Of a DNA stretch of 64,000 nucleotides, positions 1 to 15,968 are shown one piece after another. The position numbers were made by a program, and so were the translations under genes. The stretch comes from the human T2T-CHM13v2.0 reference genome, Homo sapiens. The notes below the pieces were generated by a model that worked only from the letters and a program-made list of their open reading frames with translations, did no database searches and was not told the origin of the DNA. Numbering within the stretch: the stretch's first letter is position 1; every line of letters starts with the position of its first letter. The DNA lies in assembly GCF_009914755.1 (NCBI RefSeq), contig NC_060925.1. The stretch is one strand, 5' to 3'.

Positions 1-1314
1 TAAATGGATGAGCTTTTGTTGTGCCTCCCCCCCAAAAAAATTTTAGAAATATATTTACTATTTAAAGAGCTTCCCCCTTACGTTGATGATATTTAACATG
101 ACAAAGGTGATGATACTGACAAAAACCCCATGTCTAGGTGACATCTTATGATGTGGTTGTGGGGTTAGAGTGTTTAATTGGCATTCTTAACCATAGAAAT
201 GTCCACATTCCTTTATATCTTTCTATTTTTTTTGCCCCAACAGCAAAACACTAACAATTAGTATGAGCGTCTTCCATATATGGGTCCACTGTATGTTACT
301 GGAGAGAAGCTTTTGAAGGGATTCATGGCAACCAGTTGACCAATCAGCATATCTTCTCCTTGGCTCTGTACTCAGGTCTGTGCTAGAGCTGGGTGACAGA
401 GACAGTTTAATAGGTCTTGATTTCTGCCCTCAATGAGCTTTGACTAATTGGAGGCAGTAAATTTTTATTTAATTAAAATTAAAAGGGAGGAAGGTTTTCA
501 AGGCCCAAAGATAGCATGAGTTTGTGCCTGAAGGCAGTAGGATGAAAGGTGTGCTCTGGTACCAATAAGCAGGGGTGTCAATAGTACTATCTGGGTGGCA
601 GGATATGTGGGGATGATTATTAATCTATTCTTTCTATATCCCCATAGTTTCCAAACTATTTTTACAATTTTAAAGTTGATTGAAAAAGAATCCTAAATGG
701 TTACTGTTGCAGTATGGAAGGTTTTTTTTTTTTCTTTTTGGTTGGGGTAAGCTATAGGCAGAATGGCCACCCAACCAGTTATTTTTCTAGTACAGGAGAT
801 AGGCAAAGGCCAGTCTGTGGCATGTGCAGTGGCATAGGGAGGAGCAGATAGCTGTATAACATGCAGAGCCACTCTGTTATCGAATCTCAGCCCAATCTGG
901 GTCTGGAATTTTCTCTACATAGACTCTTCTCAGTTTGACACTAGGGAAAGTTGTCTTTATTTCCCTGTTGGTACTTGAGCTATTTCCCCAACATTTTCCT
1001 GAGTCATAGGCCCTATCATGGCCAGAGGATTAAGCTTGGAAAGAAAACAGATATTCTGGTTAGATCTTGAGGGCTGTGGGTGTTCTAAAAATGTATTCTC
1101 AGCTCTCACCTGTTCTTGGCCCCTGGCAAGCAAGAAAAGCAACAAGGGTGATGGCCTTCAGCTGTGGCCTCCTGTGGTGGGTATGATTGTTGAGTAAGTC
1201 CAAATGGAAATGAGACATTGGTTCAGCTTCCTAGTCTAGACTTTCTGGCAACCCAGACTCACTTTTCACAGCAAAACACCAGCAGCAACAACGACAAATA
1301 CAGGCTTCATTTTA

Positions 1315-1500
1315 GGACAGTCTCTGCTGTTAGCATGTTACATATATTAACCTGTTTAACTCACAACAGCTCTTCAAGGAAGACATTATTATTATCATTT
1401 TAGTAATCTCAGGCTCAGAGAGGTTCACACAGCTACTAAGTGGCAGGACTGGAATTCAAACCCCAGAAGTTTGGTTCAGAGTCTATGCTCTTAACCACCA
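1315..1500 (-). mobile_element. MIR SINE remnant
   Basis: Reverse-complement MIR core: ...aggctcagagaggttcacacagctactaagtggcaggactggaattcaaacccc...gctcttaaccac. Confidence 0.75.
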
Positions 1501-1701
1501 GGTAATCGGCCAGACTAGACAGAGACACATAGGCATCTGGACAAACTCATTTTACGGGTAATTTCAATCTGGTATTGTGCAAATATATATTCAACACAGA
1601 TTGAGAAGAGAGATTGAGCTCTGTAATAGGAGAAGGTTTAAACAAAAGGATGTTTCACCAGCTTGCAAAATAAAATTCTACAGTTAACTGGATTTACTCT
1701 A

Positions 1702-4391
<2,690 letters not shown>

Positions 4392-4559
4392 TAATTAGAA
4401 GACTGCTTATGAACCTACACTGCGATCAAATAGCATATTTTCACTTCTATCTGCTTTCCATTTCTTCTGTTACATAAGCTCACTCCTCCAAACAAGCTCG
4501 GCTGAGTACATATTCCTCAGTGTCACTACACTTCTGGTGATGTTTTCTTATATCTCATA

Positions 4560-4563
<4 letters not shown>

Positions 4564-4597
<34 letters not shown>

Positions 4598-4633
4598 ACA
4601 CACACACACACACACAGACACACACACACACAC
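4564..4633. repeat. (CA)n microsatellite with GA interruptions
   Basis: Direct reading. Confidence 0.95.
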
Positions 4634-4778
4634 AAACCCTGGGAAGCTGCCTAGTTACCCACCCCTTAGTCAAGCTCTGCCTTGGCCTCAGGCTCTCTGA
4701 AGAAGGGCTCACTGATGATTGTGGACTATGCAGGGCTGAGAGAGTGACCGGGGCACACTTTAAGTAGGAAACAGGAAC

Positions 4779-5895
4779 TTTATTTTTGCAAAGAAAATGG
4801 AAGATAAACAGAATGTTCTACGTGTGGAAATGCCTACATTAGCTTTGTGATCTACCATCCCCAGGATGTCAAAATGAGGGAATGGAAGAATGAGAAGCAA
4901 ATTGTTTGATGCTTTGTCCCATGTGTACTTCAGAGGTCCTCAGGACCCAAGGCAGCAGCAGCTCCCAGAGCTGTGGCAGCAGCTGGAGCCCTGTGAAGGC
5001 TCACATTCACAGCAGCTGGAGCTCTGGGGTCTGTGGCAGTGGGACCTGTGGCACCTGTAGTGCTCAGGCAGCAGCCACCACCTCCTGAGCTGCAGCAGCC
5101 CCCAGAGCTGGAGCCACGGCAGCCCCCAGAGCTAGAGCTGCAGCAGGAAGAGACTGGGCATAGTGCTGTGCACTGGGATGGACAGTTTGGGGGGCATTTC
5201 AGAGTACACTTGGAAGGGCACTTGCAGGGGGCTGACACTGCTGCTGGTTCTGCTGGCAGGACATCTGGGCAGGTGTTCAATCAACCTGGAAGAGAATAAT
5301 GACATGGTATGGATTAGTTAAATCAAGGGGCATGTTTTTTACCTGCTCTAGAATGAGTATGAAGGGCGATAGTAAATGATATTTAGAAAACATAAATAAG
5401 CATCCAGAGGAAACATATAAATCTTTCCTCTAATTAAAAGTACATAGATTTTAAATGCAGATGTAGTAAACAACATCTTATTCTCCTTTATAATAGGACA
5501 CAAGGATTTCTCAGTCTTCATAGTCCTGCATGCAGCATTCAAAACTCTCTGAAGTGCCACCATATTATTATAAAAACAAGCCCCTAAAATAGATGAGGTT
5601 GGCACACTTGCCTTTTGGCCCAGGGCAGTTTCCAGAGTGGCAAAGTGCCACTGACATCTTAAGCCACAAGGCAATAGTTTCCTCTCCCTCTGAATTTTAT
5701 TCCTGTTCAGTATGGCAGAAATCAAATACATAACTCTTTTTCCTAAGACTCTTTACTTCCTCCAATCTCTCTGTCCTTCTCCAACCCCTCTGGTCTCCCA
5801 GGTTCTCATTCATCCTGGTCACACAAAAGAGCACAGACATGTCCCTAGGGCGTCAGAGCAGATGAGGTGCTGGAGCTGGGTATGTGTCTTTTATA
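4779..5895 (-). pseudogene. LCEP4: LCE pseudogene with two-exon layout (symbol from recall of locus order)
   Basis: TATAAAA 5889-5895. Exon 1 homologous to LCE2 exon 1 with donor mutated to ccagg|ATgaat (5813). Acceptor ttccag|gttg (exon from 5285). ATG 5264 gives [13 protein letters not shown] then a 1-nt deletion and early TGA; second 1-nt deletion at ctgagc-actac; ancestral stop TGA>TGC (4952-4954). AATAAA 4779-4784. Confidence 0.9.
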
Positions 5896-7556
5896 GACCC
5901 AGGCTTGGCTCCAGTAAGAGCAGGAAGTGGCTCTTGTCCAACCAGGCATGTGCTCGGTGATCTGTGACATTCCCCTCTCTCCTTGTCCCTGCAATTCAAG
6001 GAGGCCTTGGGAGCTCCCAGGACCCCTCTCTGGGGCTAGGGTCTAGACACGCTTTATCCAGTTGCACCCTCTTCTAGGCTGGAGCTCTGAAGGGTTAACT
6101 TGGGATGCACAGGGAGCCAATGTCTGGATAAAGATGCTATTTGTTCTTTGGGAAAACTCAGGTCAAAGCCATATTTTATTTTTTATTTTTATTTTTCATT
6201 GTGGAAACATTCCGTTCTGATTTCCCCCACGCTTGGGGTTTGTCTTTGAGGTCCTGCTTTAGGTACCAGCCATTCCTAGGCTGGTTGTTCTGGAGTTTTG
6301 AATTAGGAAGAACCCTCCCCACCCAGCCATCCTTCCTGGGACCTGTCCTTCAGGGTGGACTCTGGGTCTCTGCTTCTCCCTCAGCTGTCCTCTGAGGAGC
6401 AGCTGTGCTATTCTGATTTATTTTACTTGTGAGGATAGTGATGACTGAGCTGATTTAGTCAAAACAATTAACTCTTTCTTAATTTGGCAAGAGGAAGGCA
6501 GGCTATAGAGGTCATGTCTCTGTAACTATAGTCAGGAAACCTGGTGTCAATTCTAGCTGTAACTCGTGACCTTTGAAATATCACTCATGTTTCCTAGGCA
6601 TCTGTGTTCTTTTTAAAATGATCAATGAGTACCCTAATACTCATTGATTTGAACATTAAGAAATGAAAATATGTAGCATGTGTTTTGTACGTAGAAGATG
6701 CTCAATAATGCATGCTAAAACAAATTGACAGCATCTAGGCCTTATGGGGGGTTGAAAGATGGTCACTTACGGTTGCTACTTTTAAGGAGCTTATCCCTAA
6801 ACTCTAACAAGTGGCCTGAGAAGGGCTTGCCATCCTGGGGAGCTTCTAAATCTGGAGTCCAGTTATCCCTGGGAATGAGGAATGGGAGATGACATTGACT
6901 GAGGGATTGAGTACACTTGACATTGAAAAATCAGGGAAGAGTTGGGTTAGACAGATTTTTTCATTTATTGAAGGCAGTCATTGTACCATTCATTGTTTGA
7001 GGAGCAGAATAAAGCTGTGAACTAAATGGCAGTGGCCACTCCCTCACTGAGGTTCCCAAATAAGGAGAAACATATGACCTCTAAAAGTCTCTTTTAGAGG
7101 TGCTCCATTCTCTATTTATTTATTACCTATTTTCAGACAAGGTCCCTACCCTCCACAAGCTTTCAGGCCAAATGTAAAATAGATTTAAAAAATGAACAAA
7201 GTGTTTGGTTAAATGGACATTCATTTAGCACACCAGATGAGGTCTGTGGACATCAGTCTGGAATTTGGGATTTGGATGTGAATCAGACACAACCTCTAAC
7301 CTTGAGAAGCTCACAGTCCACTAGAATCTCTGAAGCACTTCTTTGCATGAGAAAAGCCCATGAGGTCCAAAGCAGGTGGCTCTGAATTTCATCTCCTGAA
7401 TCACTACTTTGCAATGAGATATGTGAGATACTTTCATTAGTCCAAATTTTTCTTTGGTGTTGTCAGCCTGAGTTTCCTCATTCTCTGTGAAGAGATGTTT
7501 GTAGCAACCATGATGGAGTGAGAGGCAGGACTGAAGTGTATGGGCATTTACATGTG

Positions 7557-7589
7557 GTGTGTGTGTGTGTGCATCCATCATCCATGCAT

Positions 7590-7621
<32 letters not shown>
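7557..7621. repeat. (TG)n and (CA)n microsatellites arranged as an inverted pair
   Basis: gtgtgtgtgtgtgtgc atccatcatccatgcatgt acacacac... Confidence 0.9.
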
Positions 7622-7623
<2 letters not shown>

Positions 7624-8557
7624 ATATACTTAATTGGCGGTGGGTACAAAAGCACAAAAAAGCCAATTCCCCTGGTTTTTGGTGGCAGGGGATAGAGAAG
7701 CACTTCATTACACTCACCGGTGTCCAAGTATTTAGTGTGCCTTCTCACTGTTCCATGTACTGAAATGCATATGAAACAGCATACTATTTCACAAAGTTGT
7801 CCCTACTCCATAAGATTTCTTACTAGTATTTTAAAACATTATAAGATATGTGTGTTTATTTCTATAATTCTGATCCTATCAGAATGTGAGAGCTGCTGAG
7901 TAAAGAAACCCTGTTTTCATCCTCTTGGGTCCCCGTAAAGTGGTTGTTCAAATAAATAAATAATTATGTTAGATGGATGAGTAAATAATGATGAATGCCA
8001 GGGTGATGATTTCAGAAGTTTATCTCCAAGTCCCTTTAGACTGGGAATCAATAACCTCCAAGGTGGTATCTCTAAATGTCTCCAGAACCTCTTCATTCAT
8101 CAGAAGGTCTTGCTAGGACCTCAAATCTACACCCCTCCCAATATTTGTTCTCTTTCCACCATATGATTATTTCTCTGGTCAAGACATTTGATATCTGGTC
8201 AAGACATTTGGTATAATCTTTGATCTATCCCTTTTCCCCATCACATATACACAAAGGGACATCCAGTCTTGTAGATTCTTTTGAAAAAACTCTCTTAAAG
8301 TTTTCTATCCTCTCTTTCCTATTTGTCTCATCTAAGCCCCACCTCACAAAGCTTGGCAAGAAAGATGTGACCACCTATTTCATGAGAAGGGACTGGCACG
8401 CAGCGACCCAGGCCTTAGAGCCTCAGCCCAGTGACCAGGTTCTTGGGATCTCAGGCTATCTGAGGCTTATATTTGGGAAAGGGTGTGGCTCGTTGAAGGC
8501 CCACAGGTCTTGGGCCCCATTGAGAGGCTGGAGTGCTCCTACAGCTCTTTTGGAAGG

Positions 8558-8745
8558 AGAATGTCAGGAATGGCCCTAAGTGTTCCTTGGTTGTGAGAGA
8601 TTTTCTCCTGCTCTTTCCAGAGACAAGGCTCATTTCTGAGCCCAGCCTGGGGACTCCTCCTATGAAAGGTGTCCCTGGTTCTTCTTCTTCCTCCTTTTGG
8701 ACACCTCTGCAGCCTGAGCTAATTCTGAGACTCATCCTGGTAAGT
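8558..8745 (+). promoter_or_regulatory. Orphan LCE-type proximal promoter plus putative non-coding exon 1
   Basis: agaatgtcaggaatg...tggttgtgagag...ctcctgctctttccagag matches the LCE2 promoter module; degenerate TATA (TATGAAA 8661); donor ctg|gtaagt at 8740; no LCE coding exon nearby. Confidence 0.6.
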
Positions 8746-10099
8746 GTGTCTGTGCAAAACCAAAGGACATCTCTGGATTTGGCAGTTTTGTGGTTTTCAG
8801 ATGTTTACTCTAAGCATTCTTGTACATGTCTTCTAGGAGCAGAATTGCTGAATCTTGGTGTATTTAGTAGCTAAGAATTTAAATTTATAATGGAGAGCTA
8901 ATCTGTTTTTCAAAATGATTGAATTTTTATGCCCAATATCCTTAAATAAATTTGAAACGATCTACTCCTTTATAGTTTTGTACTGTTCGCCTAGAAAACA
9001 ATTTTGGCCATTGTTTTCTATGTTTCTTAATAGTACTTTAGTTTCTCAACTAGTTATAAGAGAATTCATACTTTTTGTCTCTTCTTGAGCTTATTTTACT
9101 AGATTATACTTTTTAATGTATGTTTTCCATTTTGTCTAAGCTTTCAACGTTGGCAGTGTATAGTTATTGACAGTCTTTCATTTTTATATTTTGTTCTCTG
9201 CTTTATTATTGTTATGAAGATACATAACTTTTTAATTTATAATATTTGATGATAACTTCTCTTTTTTTAACCTAGATTAGTCTTGCCAGGGTGGGTTTTC
9301 TGGGTATTTGTTGTTGTTGCTGTTTGTTTGTTTGCCTATTCTGGAATTGGGACTCCTCTATTTAAAAATATTTCTCATCCTTAAGGATGAGAGTTCTTGC
9401 CAAGTTTTCCTTTCAACTATTTTCAGATCCCAGGGTATGGTGGTCAGGGAGCTACCATGGAGGATTAAGTCCCCTCTTGAGTAAAGCCAGGGAAACATAG
9501 AGAAACCCTGCTCCTGTGAAGAACTCAGGAAAATGGTTGGGAATTAAATTAGTTTGAGTTTCACATCCTCATCCTTCTTTCTCCGACCCCCTAGAAGGTG
9601 GTAGACTACAATCTAAAAGGTAGGTAATATTTTTTGCCAGGGAGGGGGAAGGAGAAGTATCGAGGTAAAGTCCTCACCTGATGAGCTGGTTTCCTGATGC
9701 TTGGACTATAAAGTGGGGCCTTGACCTCACTGGGGGCTTGACAGAGACACTGGAGCCTTTCCCTCGTAATTATTTCCAGTCAGAATCTCTAATACTCCCC
9801 AGCAGAATATGAATTCACAGGCCTAAATGATAAAAACATAAAGTCACAAGCATTTAAAAAGATTCCACTAACATCAGAGGTATTAGAAATAATTCACCAT
9901 TGTTTAAAATGAATACATAAGATTCTTTGATGTTCTATGAAGTAAATTCTTAATTCATCAGCACTTTTTGCCCCTGACCAATACTTTTTTAAAAAAAGTA
10001 TTATAAATATACTGAATATGAAAAGAAGTTGAATCAAAAGACAAGAAAAAAGAAATTGAATCAAAATACAAAACTCCTTATGAGATATCCAAGGAATAA

Positions 10100-12180
10100 T
10101 AAATACAACTAAATGTACAGTAAGGGACACACAAGTTAGAAAATATAAAAGAATAACAACAACAAAAACCCCTAAAGGATAAGACAGAAGGTAATGAATA
10201 TAGAAGACAGACAATGGAGATCTAACTTACATATAATTTGTATACCTGAAGAAGGAAAGAAAGACAATGAATTAGAATAAATACTTCACATTATAATTCA
10301 GAGACTTTTATCTATGTATGGAGTAAAATTCTCTTTCTTCCACTCAATGCAACTATAAAACCTGGGAAGACTGACAGGAACTAGCTAGTTGGGAGCTAGA
10401 AATAGCAGCAGACAGATAGGGGAAGGACATGAGAATTAAAAAAGTAGAACTGAAAAGGTGCATAGCTTCACTTTTCCTCCTTTGGTTTCTCCTGGCCTGA
10501 ACTTAATGCAGGTGGAAACCTGGAAATGAGAGCTGTGGGGGCACATACAGAGTTTTTGAAGAAGTCAGCTAGTTCTGGCTTGAGGAGCAAAAGGGTAAGC
10601 CCATAGAAGATGTGGAAGTCCCCCATTTCAATCTCCTTGTTCTTTCATACCCCATATCTCAGGCAACTCCATGGTGGATGGCAGTGACAACAGCTGATAA
10701 GGGAGCTAGCAGGAGTATAAAATGTGAGAAGAGGAACTACTTCTCCATTTCATGGAGCTGTAATCCCAAAAGGGTGGGGCCAACCCCTATTGCTTTCTTT
10801 CTCTCACTGTCTTCCCAATTCTTGGTCCTAGACATGGGCCTAGTCATATAAATGTGTGGAGAGAAGGGTAACTAGAGGCTCAATTTCTGGCAAGAAGACC
10901 ATGAAGGTGAGCCTCGCTGAACCTGAAAGTACTGAGGAGATTGCAGAGAGAGAGACAGAAGCTCAGGAAAGAGACCCCATAAAATTGTTTATGAATTCCA
11001 GAGTTTGCTGTGAGGACACACGTGCAAGGCTCTGATCCTCATTAGCAGACAAAAAAGTGATAACTTATTAATAGAGGTTCTACTTCCCAGATCTCAGGCT
11101 GATGCTGGTTGGCACTCACTCTGGACAGTTATGAACAGCACTACAAAAACCTCAAAAACTTAATTGATAATTGGAATAGTTTTACATGGAAGGTTGCCCA
11201 TTAAAATGAAAACATCAACATTTTCCATCAAATTTAAACAAGATCCAGAGTCTTGTTTAGAATGTTAAAAATATCCAGCATACAAACAATTACTTTACAA
11301 AAGAAGAACCACGAAAATGTCACTCGCATAGGAAGAAACAATAAACAGAAACCAATGCTCAGATAACACAAATATTGAAATTATCTGGCAAAGACTTTAA
11401 AGCAGCTATTATATGAATGCTCAAATGAGCAATTATAAACACTATTGAAATAATGTTAAAATAAAAAGTCTCAGCAAAGATAATAATATAAAGAAGAACC
11501 AAATAGAAATGTTAACACTAAAAAATGCAATAATTAAATTTTCAAAAAGCCACTGGATAAATTTAATAGCAGAAGGAGATGACAAAGAAAGAGTCAGTAG
11601 ACTTGAAAATGGATCAGGAGAAATAATCTAATCTAAACAACAGAGAGAAAAACAAACAAGAAATTAGCAGAGCATCAGGGATCTGTGAGACAATAACAAA
11701 ATCTATCATTTATGTCATTGAAATCCCAGAAAGACAGAAGAATGAGTGTAGAACTGAAAAAAATGTGTGAAGAAATAATAGTTGAAACTTTTCAAGTTTA
11801 GTAAAAGAAATAAACATACAGTTTCAAGAATCAGAGTGAACCCAAAACTCATGAAATCACCAAGAGTGATCCCAAGCTAAGCTCAAAAAACCCTGATAAC
11901 ATCAGCTGAAAACTAAAGACACAGGAGTAATCTTGAAAACAGCCAGAAAAAATGATGCATCACTAAAACAGGAGCAAAGATTCAAATCATTGCAGATTTC
12001 TTATCAGAAATCACAGAGGCCAGAAGAAAGTAGCTTATCATTTTTAAAGTACTGAAGGAAAACAACAAAAATGACAATTGTCAACCAGATATTTACATGC
12101 AGCAAATAATTTTCTGTCTTTCAACAATGAAGGTGATATAGAGACATTCTCAGATGGGAGAAAACTAAGGGAATTTAGAA
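10100..12180 (+). mobile_element. Old L1M 5'UTR/ORF1 remnants
   Basis: A-rich ORF1-like text (gagcatcagggatctgtgagacaataac..., gaagaaataatagttgaaacttttc, gcagatttcttatcagaaatcacagaggccagaag); boundaries approximate. Confidence 0.7.
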
Positions 12181-12792
12181 CCTGCCCACCTGGACATCCC
12201 TAGTACTTCCAGCTCTCTGCATGTATGGGCAAAGTGGCTCCAGAACTCAAGGGCAGCCTAGATACTGATGAAGAGCTGCAGGTACTGGCTGTTGAAGGTG
12301 AGAAAACAACAGAAGGTGGGGGTTGGGGTGGGCAGTGTGCACAAGAGCAGTAAAAAGGGACAAGAGATAATCTAGGTAGTACATGCATGTTGACTGCCAA
12401 AATTTCCCCTGAAGTATGCTCTTTATATTTTAAGAATCTTAACAGAGGACTTATATTGCTCATTTCCATTCTTCATTTAGACTAACTATGCATACACATC
12501 AAAGTTCATTTGTTCACAATTAGTTTTCACTCATATACATTTTTGCTTTATTTATGGTAAAATTTTTCATATTGTGTGCCATCTCATTTTATTTCATTGT
12601 TTTCTGGGTATACACATTTATGTTTTCCTCAATTTTAAATATTTAAATTATTTTTTCACTCAGATAACATAATATATATTTGCTTTTATTTTTTCTGAAT
12701 AAAGATATACGCTTTTCTTCTCCTTTCAAGTCTTCAATAAATCTAGAATTTGCCTGAAGTATTTGGTGATGCCTCCCCTCCCTTGGTTTCCC

Positions 12793-13184
12793 ATGGTAGA
12801 GATAGATTGCATTGTTGCCAGTATTCATGCCCTTATGCATTGTGACTTTGCAGTTCCCCTCACTGAGGAGCAAAATATATTTCCTAATCCCTTGACCTCG
12901 AGTTTGGCCTTCTGGCTTTCTTTGGTCAATAGAATAACGGAGCAGTGATGGTATCCCATGCCCACAAGGAAAACATGTCCAAGATAGCCTACAGGACCCA
13001 AAAGGAGGAATGAAAGACCCGTGGAGCAGAGCTGAACCACCCAGCTGAGCCCAGCCTAGGTCACATTTGACCTCCATCACCCTGAAGACCTGCACTCTCA
13101 CAAGCTAAATAAATAATTGTTCTATGCATTTTGTTTATTACGTTGTCGTTGTGCACTATAATTGAGGCCATAGTTAACAGATAT
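12793..13184 (+). mobile_element. MaLR (MLT1-family) solo LTR
   Basis: tgtgactttgcagttccc..., ttctttggtcaatagaataacggagcagtga, cccagctgagcccagccta, aataaataattgtt, ending gttaacagatata. Confidence 0.7.
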
Positions 13185-13968
13185 ATTCCTGAACTCTAAT
13201 CTTAGTCTCATCAACCATAAAAAGCTTTGCAGCGTTCTAGAGACTTCCCACTTAGGTTTTAGCTTATTGTCCTACATATCCCTGAACTTGTCAAATACCT
13301 TAGGGGAAAACTAGGTGTGCACTTGAGGGCCCCCATGTCTCTGCTACAGGCTCAGTTGATTTCTTTGTCTCCCAGCTATGTTCTTTCCATGCTTAAAATC
13401 TGGATTCTTAGTGTTTTACCTGCCCAGAATTGACAAATACTCTCAGGATTAAAAGTGGTTGCAGAAGTCAGCTCCTCTCCCTGGAGTCTTAGCTCCTCCA
13501 GTTCACACTGCTGCAGCACTTCTCTGCTGCCTTCCAAAACACAATTTCTGGTTTAATCTGAGTTTTATAGTTATGTTAGTTAGGAGAACTGGTCTCTCAA
13601 TAACTATTTCATCTTATCTAATGAGGAAAGTTTGCAAGGGAAGGTATGTTTTGTAATTAGAAAATCTACCAATATAATCAGTGCATTTACAGATTAAAGA
13701 AAAAACAAAAAGATCATCTCAATAGATGTAGAAAAAAATTTAACAAACTTTAATACCGTTCTCAATACAGACCTCTGAAAACCTGTAATCAAAGAGAATA
13801 TTCTTATTCCACTAAACAGTAATTAGCAAAAGTCTGCAGCATGTGTTCAGTCAGCCTTCTTGAACTGGAACTCACAAGTTTAGGTTATTTTTTCTTTTTC
13901 TTCATTTTGACTGACACTAGAATTTTATGAAATTTTTTGTTATCAAAAGACATTTTAAAATCTATTAG

Positions 13969-14091
13969 AGCCAGGCGTGGTGGTATGTGCCTGTAGTCCC
14001 AGCTACTCAGGAGGCTGAGGTGGGAGGATTGCTTGAGACCAGGAGTTTGAGACCAGCCTAGGTGACATAACAATATCTCTTAAAAAAGAAA
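13969..14091 (+). mobile_element. Alu monomer (FLAM/FRAM-like)
   Basis: gccaggcgtggtggtatgtgcctgtagtcccagctactcaggaggctgaggtgggaggattgcttgag...; single arm plus short A tail. Confidence 0.8.
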
Positions 14092-14599
14092 ATATATGAG
14101 AATAATCGTGCTTCTTCTCCTTGCTTGAGCTACAGATAAGCACTTTAAAAAAAAACATAAAACTGCTTTCATTATATTGCCATTACATTTTTAAAGTCAG
14201 ATGGACCTTAGACAGAGAAACTGATGCTCACAGAGGTGAAATGACTGATCCCAAGTCACAAATGAAAATGCAGGCAAAGCCAGAGCTAGAGGACTTTTTT
14301 TTAAATTCCCAGTCTGCTGTTGGACCCTAAACACTTTGAGCCTTGCACAAAAGCTTGCACTGTCTCCTTGCTACTGATAGAAGGAAGTCAATTAAATAAA
14401 AAATTTTCTCCTAATTTTCAACTTCATCTGCTGACTACAACTTGGCTTTTAAATATAGTCTTCCTCCTTCCATTTTTCAGCAATGCAAACCCTCAACTGG
14501 AGTCATATAGATCTACTTACTCTGCATTTACTGACTTTAGTTGCACTTTTAAAGTGTGGAATCATGCACGCATCCCTGCTTGAAACATGCTTCTCTATT

Positions 14600-15100
14600 T
14601 TCTCCATCTACCCCAGCAGCTCTCTGTGGACTGATAAACTCTTGTCTGTCAGCTCCAAACCTACCCTTCTGGGCTCTACTTCGTGATGCTGGCCTGGGCT
14701 TTGCAACCGTGGTTCTACTTCGCGGGCAGTCCTCTATTAGGTTTTGTCACTAGGGGGCGCAAGAGACGCAGAAGTCAGGAGAGAAAGAAAGGCCTGTAAG
14801 TGTCACCCTATAGATTTTTTTTTTTTTTTTTTTAATCTGGCAGCAGCAGTTGGTTCCTGTTCCCAGTTTTCTCCACACTTCCAGAACTATCCTCTTCTCC
14901 TTTCCTCAGAAGCACCGGCCCCACTAGCCAGTGTCCCACCTCAGAAGCTTGGGTTCTCGCTCTGCAGGTCTCTCCTCTAAATTCCTAGGTTTCAAGAAGT
15001 CCATCTCCTTTCCCTTGTTCCCTATCCTTAGTGTGGCAATAGCTGTTCCGCGTGATGCTAGAATTCTCCATATTTGCCTTTTCAATCCTCTAACACCTGT
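14600..15100. mobile_element. ERVL-type solo LTR (LTR33/LTR41-like)
   Basis: ctctgtggactgataaactc...ctccaaacctacccttc...tgatgctgg...ttaggttttgtcactagggggcgc; family from recalled resemblance. Confidence 0.55.
14746..14761 (+). promoter_or_regulatory. Candidate CTCF site
   Basis: GTCACTAGGGGGCGCA versus consensus core CCACYAGGGGGCGC; local cluster of surviving CpGs. Confidence 0.6.
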
Positions 15101-15968
15101 TTAATCCAATGCTTATTGTTTCTGTCAAAATAAGGAGTGTTTCTGTTTTCCTGAATGGACACAGACTGATACAAATCTCTAATAGGTTAACATGGAGGAA
15201 CTGATGGACAAAAAGAATATCCTGAAATAATAATGTACTTATTTCATTTTGCGAACTTGTAACAATTTTACTGGCAGAAAAATGTGACTTATAAAGTGAA
15301 AATAGGTCTATATAGTTCAAAAGCAATTGTACCTGACGTTTTAAGAAATCGTAGATATTTATACTATTTCTTGCTAGCAGAAAGTCATTGAAATGTCAAA
15401 TGTTTAAGTAAAATGTAAGAGTAAAACATAGTTTCTTAAAATTGGGAAGACTTTGTGAAGGGAAAGAGTGTAAGTATCCAGTTCTTACAGAAGAACTTTG
15501 ATAGACAGGGAGAACACCGACATTCAATGAATGCAATAGGATCCCTTATTTTGAAAAAACATTTAAAAAAAGAATCCTCTTTAAAAAGTTACAGTTAATA
15601 TATGTTTTTGAAAAGAGAAAGAGAGTGAGAAGCTGGATCACAGACTGAATTAGGAAGAAAGGAAACTTATTTATTTATTTCCAAGAAGGAACAGGACCAT
15701 AGAGTCTTGAGAAACCAGATTCTTGTCTCAAGGGTCAGGAATCCTATGCCGCTTTATGGAGTCCCAGCCTAGGAAATAATATACTTTGATGAGATTTCGT
15801 TCTCTAGCTTCAGAAGAGTAACTCAGTATCTCCCTGGGAAGGATGGATTGAAGAGACAGGGAGGGAAATGTCAGGAATTACCCTGCAGATGCCCCAGTAT
15901 GGGAGGAACCACTTCCTGCTCCACCCAGAACCATGGCTCACTAAGGCCCAGTCAGGCGAGTGCCTGCC

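Noticed and set aside
4930-5280. 116-aa LCE-like ORF on the minus strand
   Set aside because: Non-ATG start. It is only the middle frame between two frameshifts of the pseudogene.
8174-8213. 20-bp tandem duplication tctggtcaagacatttg(a/g)ta
   Set aside because: Ordinary slippage duplication with two copies and no array structure.
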